From Clostridia bacterium (lineage in GTDB: Bacteria; Bacillota; Clostridia; Oscillospirales; Acutalibacteraceae), in the NCBI GenBank assembly GCA_017513195.1, contig JAFXGM010000013.1, positions 39,416 to 103,415 of the forward strand: 64,000 nucleotides of DNA, in the 5' to 3' direction. A program made the position numbers and the translations under genes. Shown here piece by piece: positions 17,305 to 28,376 of this stretch. Under the pieces are notes generated by a model. It was not told where the DNA came from. It ran no database searches and saw only the letters and a list, made by a program, of their open reading frames with translations. Position 1 is the first letter of the stretch, and each line of letters opens with the position of its first letter.

Positions 17305-19707
17305 TTACTTAACCTTGTCAAGTCCCCAGATATTCTTTGCGTAATCGTCTATTGAACGGTCGGCTGCAAAAATACCCGAGGCAGCAATGTTAGTAAGTGA
17401 CATTTTGTTCCAAATTTCAGGTTGATTATATAGTTCCATCGCCTTTTTATGTGCTTCACAATAGTCGGCATAATCGGCGAGCGCCATATAGGTATCAACG
17501 TTTTTAAGCGTATTATAAATGTTGTCAAACTGCTTACCGTCGATACCGCGACCTATAAAGTCGAGCGCATTACGCAAATCGGCATTGTTATTATAATACT
17601 GCATTGGGCTATAACCTGTTTTTTGAATTTTAAGCACTTCAGGTGTATGCATACCAAAAATAATGATATTATCATCACCCACAGCGCTATGAATTTCAAC
17701 GTTAGCACCATCTTCAGTACCAAGGGTAATTGCGCCGTTCATCATAAACTTCATATTGCCGGTACCGGAGGCCTCGGTAGAAGCAAGCGAAATTTGCTCG
17801 CTGATTTCGGCGGCAGGTATCATAAGTTCGGCTAACGTTACGCGATAATCCTCAAGGAATAATACCTTTAATCTATCATTTACTGCGCGGTCATTATTTA
17901 TAATTACCGAAAGCTTGTAAATCATCTGGATTATCTCTTTAGCAAACAGGTAACCCGGTGCTGCCTTTGCACCAAAAATATAGGTCTTTGGTGTAAATGG
18001 TGCGTTTGGATTATTTTTAAGATAGAGATAATCGGTAATAATATGGAGCGCATTCATATGCTGACGCTTGTATTCGTGTAAACGCTTAACCTGCATATCA
18101 ACAACAGAATTAGGGTCGATATCAACGCCAATATTCTGCTTTACGTAGTTTGCTAGACGAACCTTGTTGCTGTGTTTAATTTGAGCCAAACGGTCAAGCA
18201 CAGCCTTATCATCGGCAAAAGCCATCAGTTTTTCAAGCTGTGAAGCGTCTTTAATAAATCCGTCACCGATAAGCTCGGTTAAAAACGCAGTAAGCTCAGG
18301 GTTTGCCTGACAAAGCCATCTACGATGTGCAATACCGTTTGTAACATTGGTAAACTTATCAGGTGTCATTTTATAATAATCATTAAAGAGCTGGTCTTTA
18401 ATAATGTTACTATGAAGCTTTGATACACCGTTTACTGTGTGAGAAGCCGCAACGCAAAGGTTTGCCATACGAACAACTCCACCAGAAATAATAGCGGTAC
18501 GTTCAGCAAGTGCAAAATCGCCAGTTTTAGCAATAACTTCTTCGCGGTATCTACGATCAATCTCCTGCACGATCTGATAAATACGTGGCATTCTGTCTTT
18601 AAACAGACCTACCTGCCAACATTCTAACGCCTCGGCCATAATGGTATGATTAGTGTATGCAACTGTACGTGTTACCAAATCCCAAGCCTTTTCCCAAGAG
18701 TAGCCACATTCGTCCAAAAGCAAGCGCATAAGCTCAGGAATAGCAAGTGTTGGGTGAGTATCGTTAATATGAATTGCTACCTTGTCGGGCAGGTTTTCAA
18801 GTGTGTTGTACTTGCGCATATGACGGTTAAGAATATCCTGTACAGATGCCGATACCACAAAATACTGCTGACGAAGACGCAGCGATTTACCCTCGGGATG
18901 CTTATCTTCGGGATAGAGTATTTTTGATATAGCCTCTGCAGATGCACGCTGCTCGATAGCACGTACATAGTCGCCCTGACTAAACGCCGACATATCGAAA
19001 TCCTGACACTCTGCACTCCAAAGACGCAAAACGTTTACGGTTTTACCGTCTTTGCCTGCACATTTAAGGTCATAGGGCATTGCGCGAACATTAAGGTAAT
19101 CCTTGTGCTCTACGTGGTGATAGTTATTGTCCCACCAATCGTCAACATAGCCGTCAAAATGAACGTCAACTGCTGAATGTGGACGTGGCTCTAACCATAC
19201 CTCACCGCCCGGAAGCCAAAAATCAGGCATTTCAGTCTGCCAACCGTCAACAAGCTTTTGGCGGAAGATACCGAGCTCGTATTTTATGCAATAGCCCATA
19301 GCCGAATAGCTACTGCTTGAAAGTCCGTCAAGAAAGCACGCCGCAAGTCTGCCGAGACCGCCGTTACCAAGACCTGCGTCGGGCTCTAACTCAAACAAAT
19401 TATCAAGGTTTACCTTATAGCTTTTAAGCGCTTTACGCATAGTATCTGTAAGGTCTAAATTATAAAGATTATTTTTAAGTGAGCGGCCCATTAAAAATTC
19501 CATACTCAAGTAGTAAATGGTCTTACTCTCTTGTTCATCTACAGCCTTTCTGAACTGTGTTTTCCGTTCGCTCATAATATCAAGCAATACAAGAACCGTA
19601 GCTTTGTAAAAAATATCGTCAGAAGCCTGTTCGGGCGTTACGCCAAAGTTATGAGATAACTTGCGTTCTAACATTCCTTTAAGCTGTGTAATGGTATAAT
19701 TTGCCAT
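17305..19707 (-). CDS. glgP: Glycogen/maltodextrin phosphorylase
   Basis: GT35 with the PLP-lysine signature EASGTGNMKFMMNG. ATG 19707 (MANYTITQLKG) has GGAG 9 nt upstream. Confidence 0.93.
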   Translation of the reverse strand: MANYTITQLKGMLERKLSHNFGVTPEQASDDIFYKATVLVLLDIMSERKTQFRKAVDEQESKTIYYLSMEFLMGRSLKNNLYNLDLTDTMRKALKSYKVNLDNLFELEPDAGLGNGGLGRLAACFLDGLSSSSYSAMGYCIKYELGIFRQKLVDGWQTEMPDFWLPGGEVWLEPRPHSAVDVHFDGYVDDWWDNNYHHVEHKDYLNVRAMPYDLKCAGKDGKTVNVLRLWSAECQDFDMSAFSQGDYVRAIEQRASAEAISKILYPEDKHPEGKSLRLRQQYFVVSASVQDILNRHMRKYNTLENLPDKVAIHINDTHPTLAIPELMRLLLDECGYSWEKAWDLVTRTVAYTNHTIMAEALECWQVGLFKDRMPRIYQIVQEIDRRYREEVIAKTGDFALAERTAIISGGVVRMANLCVAASHTVNGVSKLHSNIIKDQLFNDYYKMTPDKFTNVTNGIAHRRWLCQANPELTAFLTELIGDGFIKDASQLEKLMAFADDKAVLDRLAQIKHSNKVRLANYVKQNIGVDIDPNSVVDMQVKRLHEYKRQHMNALHIITDYLYLKNNPNAPFTPKTYIFGAKAAPGYLFAKEIIQMIYKLSVIINNDRAVNDRLKVLFLEDYRVTLAELMIPAAEISEQISLASTEASGTGNMKFMMNGAITLGTEDGANVEIHSAVGDDNIIIFGMHTPEVLKIQKTGYSPMQYYNNNADLRNALDFIGRGIDGKQFDNIYNTLKNVDTYMALADYADYCEAHKKAMELYNQPEIWNKMSLTNIAASGIFAADRSIDDYAKNIWGLDKVK

Positions 19708-20005
19708 TAATGTCATCTCCAAAAAAATATATAATTTTTGATTTTATTATTTACTACATTATAATACAATATTCTTGTTAGTTTTTCAAGTGGTGCGAAA
19801 AACAATATTTGTATCATTTTTTGTATATATTATACAAAAAGTTTTTAAAAATCGCAATAATTCAAATGTTGTTTATGCAAAATTTACAGTTTTCAACGCT
19901 TTTTGGTCATCAATACTTGCTTATAATACTAAAATATGTTATTTTTAACTTGAATATTAAAGCTAAAATGTGGTATCATTTTAAAAAAACACAAGGTAAA
20001 ACACG

Positions 20006-20887
20006 ATGAATTTTAAAAAAATTGAATTAGCCGATGCCGGTATTTTACAACCTTTTTTAATCGGTACAAACGAGCTTACCTGCGAATTGAGTTTTGTAAA
20101 TCTTTTACTATGGCAACCGCTATATAACAACTGCTACTGTATAGAAGACGGAATATTATATCTTAAATCTTACGACGACAACATTGTAACCTATAGTCTG
20201 CCGTTTGGCGATTTGAAAACGGGCTTTGAAGAAATCGCAAAGCATAGCGGTACACCCTACCCTGATATATGGGCACAAGAAGGGCCACGCTTTCAAAAAT
20301 TTAAAGAATTATACGGTGAGTATTATGATATTTATGAAAGCCGTAACGAATTCGACTATATTTATAATTCCCTCGATCTTATAAATCTTTCAGGGAAAAA
20401 GTACCACTCTAAGCGTAATCATATATCATCATTTTCAAAACAATTCGATTGGCATTATGAAGATATAACCACCAATAATATTGACCTTGTCAAAGAATGT
20501 GCTAAAATTTGGTACAAGCAAAACAGTGCACGTATGGATGATGAGCTTAAGACCGAGATGCATGGCGTTGACATTATGATAAACAATATGCAAACGCTTA
20601 ATATAAAAGGTGGCGCCATTGTAATTGATAACAAGGTTGTCGCATTTACACTTGGTTCCCCAATAAATGAAAAAATTTATAACATTCATATCGAAAAGGC
20701 TTTAGAAGGCTTTGAAACGGCATACACCGTTATAAACCGCGAATTTGCGGCACGCAATCTTAACGATTATAAGTATATCAACCGCGAAGATGATTTAGGA
20801 ATTGAAGGACTGCGCAAATCAAAGCTTTCATATAAGCCCGAAATCATTTTACCAAAATACATTTGTACCAAAAAGGAAAATATATGA
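20006..20887 (+). CDS. DUF2156 domain protein (MprF C-terminal, aminoacyl-tRNA transferase-like tandem GNAT fold)
   Basis: 293 aa. N-terminal ...CELSFVNLLLWQPLYN.. and GKKYHSKRNHISSF blocks are typical of stand-alone DUF2156 proteins. Recognised from memory. Confidence 0.65.
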   Translation: MNFKKIELADAGILQPFLIGTNELTCELSFVNLLLWQPLYNNCYCIEDGILYLKSYDDNIVTYSLPFGDLKTGFEEIAKHSGTPYPDIWAQEGPRFQKFKELYGEYYDIYESRNEFDYIYNSLDLINLSGKKYHSKRNHISSFSKQFDWHYEDITTNNIDLVKECAKIWYKQNSARMDDELKTEMHGVDIMINNMQTLNIKGGAIVIDNKVVAFTLGSPINEKIYNIHIEKALEGFETAYTVINREFAARNLNDYKYINREDDLGIEGLRKSKLSYKPEIILPKYICTKKENI

Positions 20888-21387
20888 CAATACGCAATCA
20901 ATGTGAAAGGCTATATAGGCAAGCATTTGGCGAATCACAAGAGTTTGACACTATGCTGTTTGACCTGTTTTTTAAAAACACAGAAGTTTCGCAAAAAGAC
21001 GGTATCGTTACAGCAATGTATTTTAAAATACCGTGCGTGCTGAATTTTGACGGCACCAAATCAAAAGCTTACTATATTTACGCTGTGACCACCCACAAGG
21101 ATTATCGCCATCAAGGCATTATGAGTAACCTATTCGAAAAAACTCAAACCGAATCTGATGCACTTTATTTTTTAAAGCCATCAAGCCTTGACGTAATCCC
21201 CTTCTACAATCAATCGGGATTCAAACAAATTGTAGGTACTCGCGAAATATGCAATGCTAAAATAGAGGTAAGCGACAATTTTAAAAGGCTTTCCGACCTT
21301 TGTGATAAACCAAATTGCGACTATCCTCTTATGATAAAAGGAATAATCAACATAGAAAAATTAACATTCGAATATACACTCGAATAA
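20884..21387 (+). CDS. GNAT-family acetyltransferase-like protein
   Basis: YAVTTHKDYRHQGIMSNLF is the GNAT motif A (Q/RxxGxG/A-like). ATG 20884 overlaps the DUF2156 stop (ATGA). Confidence 0.65.
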   Translation: MTIRNQCERLYRQAFGESQEFDTMLFDLFFKNTEVSQKDGIVTAMYFKIPCVLNFDGTKSKAYYIYAVTTHKDYRHQGIMSNLFEKTQTESDALYFLKPSSLDVIPFYNQSGFKQIVGTREICNAKIEVSDNFKRLSDLCDKPNCDYPLMIKGIINIEKLTFEYTLE

Positions 21388-21399
21388 GGAGGCTATTAT

Positions 21400-23880
21400 A
21401 TGTCTAAAAAAACCTACATCATTTGTAATGCTCACCTTGACCCCATCTGGCAATGGGAATGGGAAGAAGGCGCTGCCGAAGCGTTGTCTACCTTCCGTAT
21501 TGCGGCAGACTTTTGTGAACAGTACGAAGACTATATTTTTTGTCACAACGAGGTATTGCTTTACGATTGGATCGAGCAATTTGACCCACCACTATTTGCC
21601 CGCATACAAGACCTTGTAGCGCGCGGAAAATGGCACATTATGGGCGGCTGGCACGTGCAACCCGACTGTAATATGCCTTCGGGTGAAAGCTTTGTTCGCC
21701 AAGCGCTTACAGGAAGACAGTATTTCTTAGAAAAGTTTGGTAAGGTACCGCACGTTGCTATTAATTTTGACTCATTTGGTCACAGCCGCGGTCTTGTACA
21801 AATTATGGCAAAAAGCGGTTACAAGGGCTACGTACATATGCGCCCACAGCCACAGCATTTAGAAATGCCCGCAAATGATTATACATGGGTGGGTTATGAC
21901 GGCTCAAAAATCGTGGGTATGCGTCCACACGGCTGGTACAGCACACCAAAGGGACATGCCGCAGAATATATAAATGCAACAGTTAACATGTGCCCCGATG
22001 ATGATATCAATATGCGTCTTTGGGGTATTGGTAACCACGGTGGTGGACCGTCAAAGAAAGACCTTGACGACCTTGTTGTTCTTAAAAAAGAGTTGGCAGA
22101 AAAAGGTGTGGAGCTTATTCACTCCACGCCCGAGGATTATCTTGCTGCAACCATTAAACGCCACGATTTACCCGAAGTGCACCACAGCCTTTGGTGCTGG
22201 GCGGTAGGCTGCTATAGCTCACAAATTCGTGTAAAGCAAAAGCACAGAGCTGCTGAAAATATTTATTATCTTACAGAAATCATGTGTTCACATGCGGCAA
22301 ACGAGGGTCTTATGGAATATCCTTTCAAAGAACTTGCTGACGCTATGTATGACATTATGACGGTAGAGTTTCACGACGTTTTGCCCGGCTCTTCCATTCA
22401 GCCCGCTGAAGAGATGGGTATTCGTATGATGGACCACGCAATAGAGATACTTACACGTCTTAAAGCAAAGGCATTCTTTGCACTTGCAAGCGGCCAGAAA
22501 AAAGCCGACCCTGACAAGATACCTCTTTGCGTTTATAATCCGTATCCTTATGAAATTACCGAAAATATTATTTGCGAATTCAACCTTTGGGATCAAGACC
22601 GCAATCCATATTTTATGAAGCCTACCGTTTATGATAAAGACGGTAAAATTATTCCTTCACAGTGTGAAAAGGAATATAGCACTATTCCTATTAACTGGAG
22701 GAAACGTGTAGTGTTTAGAGCAACACTTGCTCCTATGACACTTAACCGTTTTGACTGCGGTTTTGAAACTATGGATGAAAGACCTGCTAGTGAAGCTGTG
22801 TATAAAGACGATTACATTATTCTTAATCGTGGCGGCTCGGAAATTAAAATAAATACCAAAACCGGTCTTGTCGATGCCTATATTAAAGGTGGCAAAAACT
22901 ACGTTGACAACTCGGCATTTGGTTTAGAGGTATATAACGACGACTTTGATCCATGGGGTATGATGGTGACCGCCTTTAAAGAAAAGGTTGGCGAATTTAA
23001 GCTTTTAACCCCTGCCGAAGCAAAAGAATTTTTATATCTTGATAATGAAATCCCTTCGGTACATATGATTGAAGACGGCGACGTTGAAACAACAATCGAA
23101 GCTGTTTTTGGCTACAAAGGCTCACATGCAATTGTTAAATACATTTTAGGTGATGACGGTGACCTTAGAGTAGACGTTCGCGTTAACTGGAGCGAAAAAC
23201 AAAGAATGTTGCGTCTTAACATTCCAACCACGCTTGAAAACAGCGTTTGCATAGGCGAACAGCCCTATGGTGAAGAAAAACTGTTTGACAATATGGAAGA
23301 AAACGTGTCGCAACGATATATTGCCGTAACCGACAACAGCGACTGCCTGCTTGCAGTAAATAACGGCATTTATAGCTCTTGTTTTGATGAAAAGGTGGGC
23401 GCGCTTAAGTATACGTTACTGCGTTCTGCTTCATATTGTGCACATCCTGTTGGCGAGCTTAAGGTTATGCCGCAAGACCGATATATGCCATATATCGAGC
23501 AGGGCGAGCGTGACTTTAGCTTCAAATTCTGTGTGGGCAAGGCACAAGATATCAGACCGCACGCCGCAAGGATTGCCGGGCACTTTAATATGAAGCCAAT
23601 GGCACTATCCTTCTACCCAACAGGTATAGGCGAAATTCCAAATTCACCGGTAAGTCTTACCGATACCGACGTTATAACAATTAACACGCTTAAAAAAGCC
23701 GAAAAGTCTGATGATTATATTATAAGACTATTTAATCCTACCAATAGTAATCAAAGCTGTAAATTATCTTTCTATGATGCAGAAATATCTTTGGAGTTTG
23801 GTATGTATGAAATAAAAACCATCAGATATGACGGCAAAAAGCTTTGCGAAACCGACCTTATGGAAGGTATAATCGGCTAA
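21400..23880 (+). CDS. Glycoside hydrolase family 38 alpha-mannosidase
   Basis: 826 aa. N-terminal CNAHLDPIWQWEWEEG and GGW.V.PDCN blocks are typical of GH38. Strong SD AAGGAGG. Confidence 0.88.
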   Translation: MSKKTYIICNAHLDPIWQWEWEEGAAEALSTFRIAADFCEQYEDYIFCHNEVLLYDWIEQFDPPLFARIQDLVARGKWHIMGGWHVQPDCNMPSGESFVRQALTGRQYFLEKFGKVPHVAINFDSFGHSRGLVQIMAKSGYKGYVHMRPQPQHLEMPANDYTWVGYDGSKIVGMRPHGWYSTPKGHAAEYINATVNMCPDDDINMRLWGIGNHGGGPSKKDLDDLVVLKKELAEKGVELIHSTPEDYLAATIKRHDLPEVHHSLWCWAVGCYSSQIRVKQKHRAAENIYYLTEIMCSHAANEGLMEYPFKELADAMYDIMTVEFHDVLPGSSIQPAEEMGIRMMDHAIEILTRLKAKAFFALASGQKKADPDKIPLCVYNPYPYEITENIICEFNLWDQDRNPYFMKPTVYDKDGKIIPSQCEKEYSTIPINWRKRVVFRATLAPMTLNRFDCGFETMDERPASEAVYKDDYIILNRGGSEIKINTKTGLVDAYIKGGKNYVDNSAFGLEVYNDDFDPWGMMVTAFKEKVGEFKLLTPAEAKEFLYLDNEIPSVHMIEDGDVETTIEAVFGYKGSHAIVKYILGDDGDLRVDVRVNWSEKQRMLRLNIPTTLENSVCIGEQPYGEEKLFDNMEENVSQRYIAVTDNSDCLLAVNNGIYSSCFDEKVGALKYTLLRSASYCAHPVGELKVMPQDRYMPYIEQGERDFSFKFCVGKAQDIRPHAARIAGHFNMKPMALSFYPTGIGEIPNSPVSLTDTDVITINTLKKAEKSDDYIIRLFNPTNSNQSCKLSFYDAEISLEFGMYEIKTIRYDGKKLCETDLMEGIIG

Positions 23881-23883
23881 AAC

Positions 23884-23914
23884 AAAAACCCGATGTCAAA
23901 CGACATCGGGTTTA
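23884..23914. terminator. Bidirectional intrinsic terminator (GH38 / rny)
   Basis: CCCGATGTC-aaac-GACATCGGG with flanking A and T runs. Confidence 0.8.
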
Positions 23915-23925
23915 ATTTTGTGTTA

Positions 23926-25476
23926 TTATTTAGCGTAATCGGTTGCTCTGCTTTCACGGATAATGTTAACCTTAACCTGACCCGGATACTCAAGCTCATT
24001 TTCAATCTTTTGAGCGATATCGTGAGCCATAATAACCATTTGGTCGTCATTAACAGCCTCAGGTTTAACAAGTATACGTATTTCGCGACCTGCTTGAATA
24101 GCATAAGAATCTTCAACACCGTTAAAGGATTTGGCGATTTCCTCTAACTTTTCAAGACGCTTAATATAGCTTTCAATGTTTTCGCGTCTTGCACCCGGAC
24201 GGGCAGCACTTATAGCATCAGCCGCCTGAACAATGCAAGCAATAACTGTCTTAGCCTCAACGTCACCGTGGTGAGCGTGAATAGCGTGAATAACAGTCTC
24301 GTTTTCACGATACTTTTTAGCAGCCTCAACACCAAGCTGAATGTGTGAACCTTCTTGCTCGTGGTCAATAGCCTTACCAATATCATGTAAAAGACCTGCA
24401 CGCTTTGCAAGTGTAACATCGGCACCAAGCTCGGCAGCTATAAGACCTGAAAGATAGCATACCTCAAGCGAGTGGTTAAGCACGTTTTGACCATAGCTTG
24501 TGCGGAAATGTAAACGTCCAAGAAGCTTAAGAAGCTCTGGATGCAGGTTATGAACGCCACTTTCTACCATTGCGCGTTCGCCCTGTTGCTTGATTATAGC
24601 CTCTACCTCGGCAGTAGCCTTGGCAACGGTTTCTTCAATTCTTGCAGGATGAATTCTACCGTCAACTATTAATTTTTCAAGGGTCACACGAGCAATTTCG
24701 CGGCGAATAGGCTCAAAGCTCGATACAGTGATTGCCTCGGGCGTGTCATCTATAATAAGGTCAACACCTGTTGCATTTTCAATAGCACGGATATTTCTAC
24801 CCTCACGACCGATGATTCGGCCCTTCATTTCATCATTTGGTAGCGGTACTACCGAAATGGTGATTTCAGATGAGTGATCAGCAGCACAACGCTGAATAGC
24901 GTGAGCTATAACCTCTCGAGCAAGCTTGTCAGACTCGTCACGTGTCTGTTGCTCGTATTCCATAATTTTTACAGCCTTTTCGTGAGAAAGCTCACCCTCA
25001 AGCATCTGTAAAAGGTCGGCCTTTGCCTGCTCTTTTGAAAGACCTGAAATTTTTTCAAGCATTTCAAGCTGGCTACGTTTTAGTTGTTCGCACTCCTCGA
25101 TTTTTTCGTCGATTTGTTTTGCTTTTTCTTGTAATTTTTCTTCCTTAGCTTCAAGATTGTCTATCTTGCGGTCAAGGGTTTCCTCTTTTTGCTGAAGTCT
25201 ATGCTCTTGTCTTTGAACCTCGGCTCTTCTTTCGCGAAGATCCTTTTCGGTATCCTGACGAAGCTGATGAATTTCTTCCTTTGCTTCAAGCAGTGTCTCT
25301 TTTTTGCGGGTTTCCGCGGTTTTCATAGCATCGTTTAGTATGCGCTTTGCTTCTTCTTCGGTAGAACCGATAGTCTTTTCAGCAGAATGCTTACGAACAG
25401 CAGAGCCTGCAAAAAAACCAACAACGCCAAGCACTAATGCTACCGCACCCCCAATAATGTAGGGCATTATTTTCAC
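23926..25476 (-). CDS. rny: Ribonuclease Y
   Basis: N-terminal TM helix, coiled coil, KH domain ([13 protein letters not shown]) and HD domain (LLHDIGKA). Confidence 0.95.
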   Translation of the reverse strand: MKIMPYIIGGAVALVLGVVGFFAGSAVRKHSAEKTIGSTEEEAKRILNDAMKTAETRKKETLLEAKEEIHQLRQDTEKDLRERRAEVQRQEHRLQQKEETLDRKIDNLEAKEEKLQEKAKQIDEKIEECEQLKRSQLEMLEKISGLSKEQAKADLLQMLEGELSHEKAVKIMEYEQQTRDESDKLAREVIAHAIQRCAADHSSEITISVVPLPNDEMKGRIIGREGRNIRAIENATGVDLIIDDTPEAITVSSFEPIRREIARVTLEKLIVDGRIHPARIEETVAKATAEVEAIIKQQGERAMVESGVHNLHPELLKLLGRLHFRTSYGQNVLNHSLEVCYLSGLIAAELGADVTLAKRAGLLHDIGKAIDHEQEGSHIQLGVEAAKKYRENETVIHAIHAHHGDVEAKTVIACIVQAADAISAARPGARRENIESYIKRLEKLEEIAKSFNGVEDSYAIQAGREIRILVKPEAVNDDQMVIMAHDIAQKIENELEYPGQVKVNIIRESRATDYAK

Positions 25477-25622
25477 TCCTTTATATAATAAAGCGATTTT
25501 ACAGATTGCAAAATAAAAATATCTGTCGGGGATCGCTGTTTAAGCCCCGGTTGAATAAATATTAGGGTATGGGGAAATTTCGCCAACACTTCCACCAATA
25601 CAATCTAAACTTATCTTTCATA

Positions 25623-25651
25623 ATTTTACCACTATATTTATACGCTGTCAA
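25623..25651 (-). promoter_or_regulatory. Sigma-A promoter upstream of a roughly 150-nt rny leader
   Basis: Minus strand: TTGACA (25646-25651), 17 nt spacer, TAAAAT (25623-25628). The leader contains hairpins CGGGG...CCCCG and ACAGAT...ATCTGT. Confidence 0.5.
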
Positions 25652-25705
25652 GAAAAAATGCCGTGCATATTGTGTAAAATCACAATAAAACGGCATTTTT
25701 TTACA

Positions 25706-26746
25706 CTATATAAAGTAATATGACATATCCCAGCAAGGAAGTGATGGAAAATGGCGCAGATAAATTTTGTAATCTGTACGTAAACTCAAAATCATTTCGG
25801 GTATATCAAACAAATCCTCGCTTCTATGATAAGTGGCAATCTGCATTTTAGGCTTATGATTTATTATAGTATTTTCGCCACACTTAATCGCTAAGGCTTC
25901 TGCACCCTCAATGTCCATTTTTATATAGGTTGGAATATTCATTTTGGTAAGGGTATCTATGGTTACAGAATTTATAATGCCGTCGCCCTTCCCTATCGTC
26001 GAACCGCGCGAACCATTCATTTCAAACTTTATTTCACCATCAATATCACTGACACAAGCATTTACATTAGTAATGTTTTTAACACTTTCAGTGGCTACAC
26101 ACAGTTTGTTATAGGTTTTAAGGTCGGGTTCAACGGCAACGATTTTATTATAATCACTCACGACCGATAAAAATTCAGCTACGGTATCGCCGCGATAAGC
26201 ACCCAAATCAAAATACGTTTCGTTATCATTAAATTTTAATATATTTTGATACACCTCGTCACAGGGTGTTTCGCATTCAAAAAGATAATCTATTCTTCCC
26301 GTCAGTTTATACATAACTGCATTTTGAAAAACCTTTTTTGAGGTGTCGTCTGCAAGCCTGTTATAAATGTTCTCAAGCCTTCCCCTATTTAAAATAGCAT
26401 ACTCCATATTAAAAAGCACGTCACCATATACGGGCACGTCGGGGGCATATAACTCTTGTTCGTCAGCAATGCGTTTTATATTGGCAATAACGTCGGGCAG
26501 GCTGCTACCAAAGCATACAAGAACAATCATATCACCAAAAGTTTCTTTTGCAGTCTTATAGTCTGTTACGTTAAATCCGTGGAATACTTTTTGGCGCACA
26601 AAACCATCGGACGCAAACACACCCGATATTTTTATACCATATCTATTAAGCACCGATATAATCTTATCGGCACCGTTGCCCATACCATAAAGAACTATGG
26701 GTTTATTGGCTTCTTTTAAACAGTTCCATAAATCTTTCATATACAC
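25706..26746 (-). CDS. FkbM-family SAM-dependent methyltransferase with an N-terminal Rossmann-like extension
   Basis: 346 aa. C-terminal half has YFDLGAYRGDT (SAM motif I of FkbM-type enzymes). Confidence 0.7.
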   Translation of the reverse strand: MYMKDLWNCLKEANKPIVLYGMGNGADKIISVLNRYGIKISGVFASDGFVRQKVFHGFNVTDYKTAKETFGDMIVLVCFGSSLPDVIANIKRIADEQELYAPDVPVYGDVLFNMEYAILNRGRLENIYNRLADDTSKKVFQNAVMYKLTGRIDYLFECETPCDEVYQNILKFNDNETYFDLGAYRGDTVAEFLSVVSDYNKIVAVEPDLKTYNKLCVATESVKNITNVNACVSDIDGEIKFEMNGSRGSTIGKGDGIINSVTIDTLTKMNIPTYIKMDIEGAEALAIKCGENTIINHKPKMQIATYHRSEDLFDIPEMILSLRTDYKIYLRHFPSLPCWDMSYYFI

Positions 26747-26843
26747 ATTATATATCTAAATACATTTTTTTACAAGTAAGTTGTAGACAAACTCGAAATT
26801 ATTTGATATATTTAATAGGTAATAATTTTTGGGAGGGTGCTTT

Positions 26844-28310
26844 ATGAAAAAAGTTCTCGCTTTTGACTTTGGCGCTTCAAGCGGACGCGCAATGCTATCA
26901 ACACTTGAAGACGGCAAAATTGTAATGAAAGAAATTCACCGCTTTTCTAACGACCCTGTGGTTGTCAGAGGCAGTATGTATTGGGATGTGCTTCGTCTTT
27001 TCTTTGAAATTAAGTCGGGCATTACCAAGGCTGTAAACGAAGGTGGTTTTGACGCTATCAGCATCGACACCTGGGGTGTTGACTTTGGCCTACTTGATAA
27101 AAATGGCCGCTTACTTGCAAACCCATATCACTATCGTGACTCTCGCACTCACAAAATTCCCGAAAAAGTGTTTGAGATTATCTCTAAAGACGAGCTTTAT
27201 AGCCGTGCGGGTTTGCAGTTTATACATTTTAATACCATTTATCAGTTAATGTATTTTAAATTTAACGAGCCCGAAATGTTAGAGCGTGCTGACAAAATGC
27301 TTATGATGCCTGACCTTTTCGGCTATATGCTCACAGGCGAAATGAAAGAAGAAGCTACTATTGCCTCTACCTCTAACCTGCTTAATCCCTACACAAAGGA
27401 TTGGGATTTCGAGCTTATTGAGCAATTGGGCTTACCAAAGAATATTTTTGCTCCTATCACCAAGCCCGGCAGCATTTATGGTTATCTGTCAGACGAAATT
27501 TGTGAAGAGCTTGGTTGCGACAAAGTACCAGTAATCGCAGTTGCATCTCACGACACCGCATCAGCCGTAGCTGCAACACCTAGCGAGCGCGACGACTTTG
27601 TTTACATAAGCTGCGGCACTTGGAGCCTTTTTGGTATTGAAAGCAAAACACCCATTCTTACCGCGGCAGCTGCTAAAGCCGACTTTACAAACGAGGGCGG
27701 TTTTGAAGATACAACCCGTTTCCTTAAAAACATTATGGGTCTTTGGCTTATTCAAGAATCACGCCGTCAGTTCCGTCGCGAAGGCGAAGAGGTTGGCTTT
27801 GACGTACTTGAAAAAGAAGCACTTGCCGCCGAGCCGTTTAAGTGCTTTATCAACGTAGACGACCCTGCATTTGAGCCTGCGGGCAATCTACCGCGCCGAG
27901 TAAAAGAGTATTGCGAAAAAACAGGTCAATATGTGCCACAAACTCGTGGTGAGGTTATGCGCTGTATATACCAAAGCCTTGCAATGAAATATAAATACAC
28001 CTTTAACGCTCTTAATAATATGGGTGAAAAGAAATATCACAGCATCAATATTTTAGGCGGTGGTATTAAGGACAGACTTCTTTGCCAAATGACAAGCGAC
28101 GCCTGCAACGTGCCTGTTTTGGCAGGTCCTACCGAAGCGACTGTTATGGGTAACATTGGTGTAGCATTTAATGCTTTGGGTGAAATCAAAGATTTTGCCG
28201 AGCTTCGTAAGGTGGTTTCAAACTCTACCGAAATCAAGACCTACACACCAAATGATAATGCTCTTTGGGAAAAGGCTTACGCCGATTATTTAAAGGCTAC
28301 AGGGCTTTAG
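26844..28310 (+). CDS. FGGY-family carbohydrate kinase, rhamnulokinase-like
   Basis: MKKVLAFDFGASSGRAML... and SIDTWGVDFGLLD are typical of RhaB-type FGGY kinases. ATG 26844 follows SD GGGAGGG. Confidence 0.8.
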   Translation: MKKVLAFDFGASSGRAMLSTLEDGKIVMKEIHRFSNDPVVVRGSMYWDVLRLFFEIKSGITKAVNEGGFDAISIDTWGVDFGLLDKNGRLLANPYHYRDSRTHKIPEKVFEIISKDELYSRAGLQFIHFNTIYQLMYFKFNEPEMLERADKMLMMPDLFGYMLTGEMKEEATIASTSNLLNPYTKDWDFELIEQLGLPKNIFAPITKPGSIYGYLSDEICEELGCDKVPVIAVASHDTASAVAATPSERDDFVYISCGTWSLFGIESKTPILTAAAAKADFTNEGGFEDTTRFLKNIMGLWLIQESRRQFRREGEEVGFDVLEKEALAAEPFKCFINVDDPAFEPAGNLPRRVKEYCEKTGQYVPQTRGEVMRCIYQSLAMKYKYTFNALNNMGEKKYHSINILGGGIKDRLLCQMTSDACNVPVLAGPTEATVMGNIGVAFNALGEIKDFAELRKVVSNSTEIKTYTPNDNALWEKAYADYLKATGL

Positions 28311-28330
28311 TTTTTACAACTAAATAAACA

Positions 28331-28376
28331 TAAAAAACACGGCTGATTTGATTTCTCAAATCAGCCGTTTTGTTTT
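28331..28376. terminator. Bidirectional intrinsic terminator (FGGY kinase / giant-protein operon)
   Basis: CGGCTGATTTGA-tttc-TCAAATCAGCCG (28340-28367) with flanking A and T runs. Confidence 0.85.
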
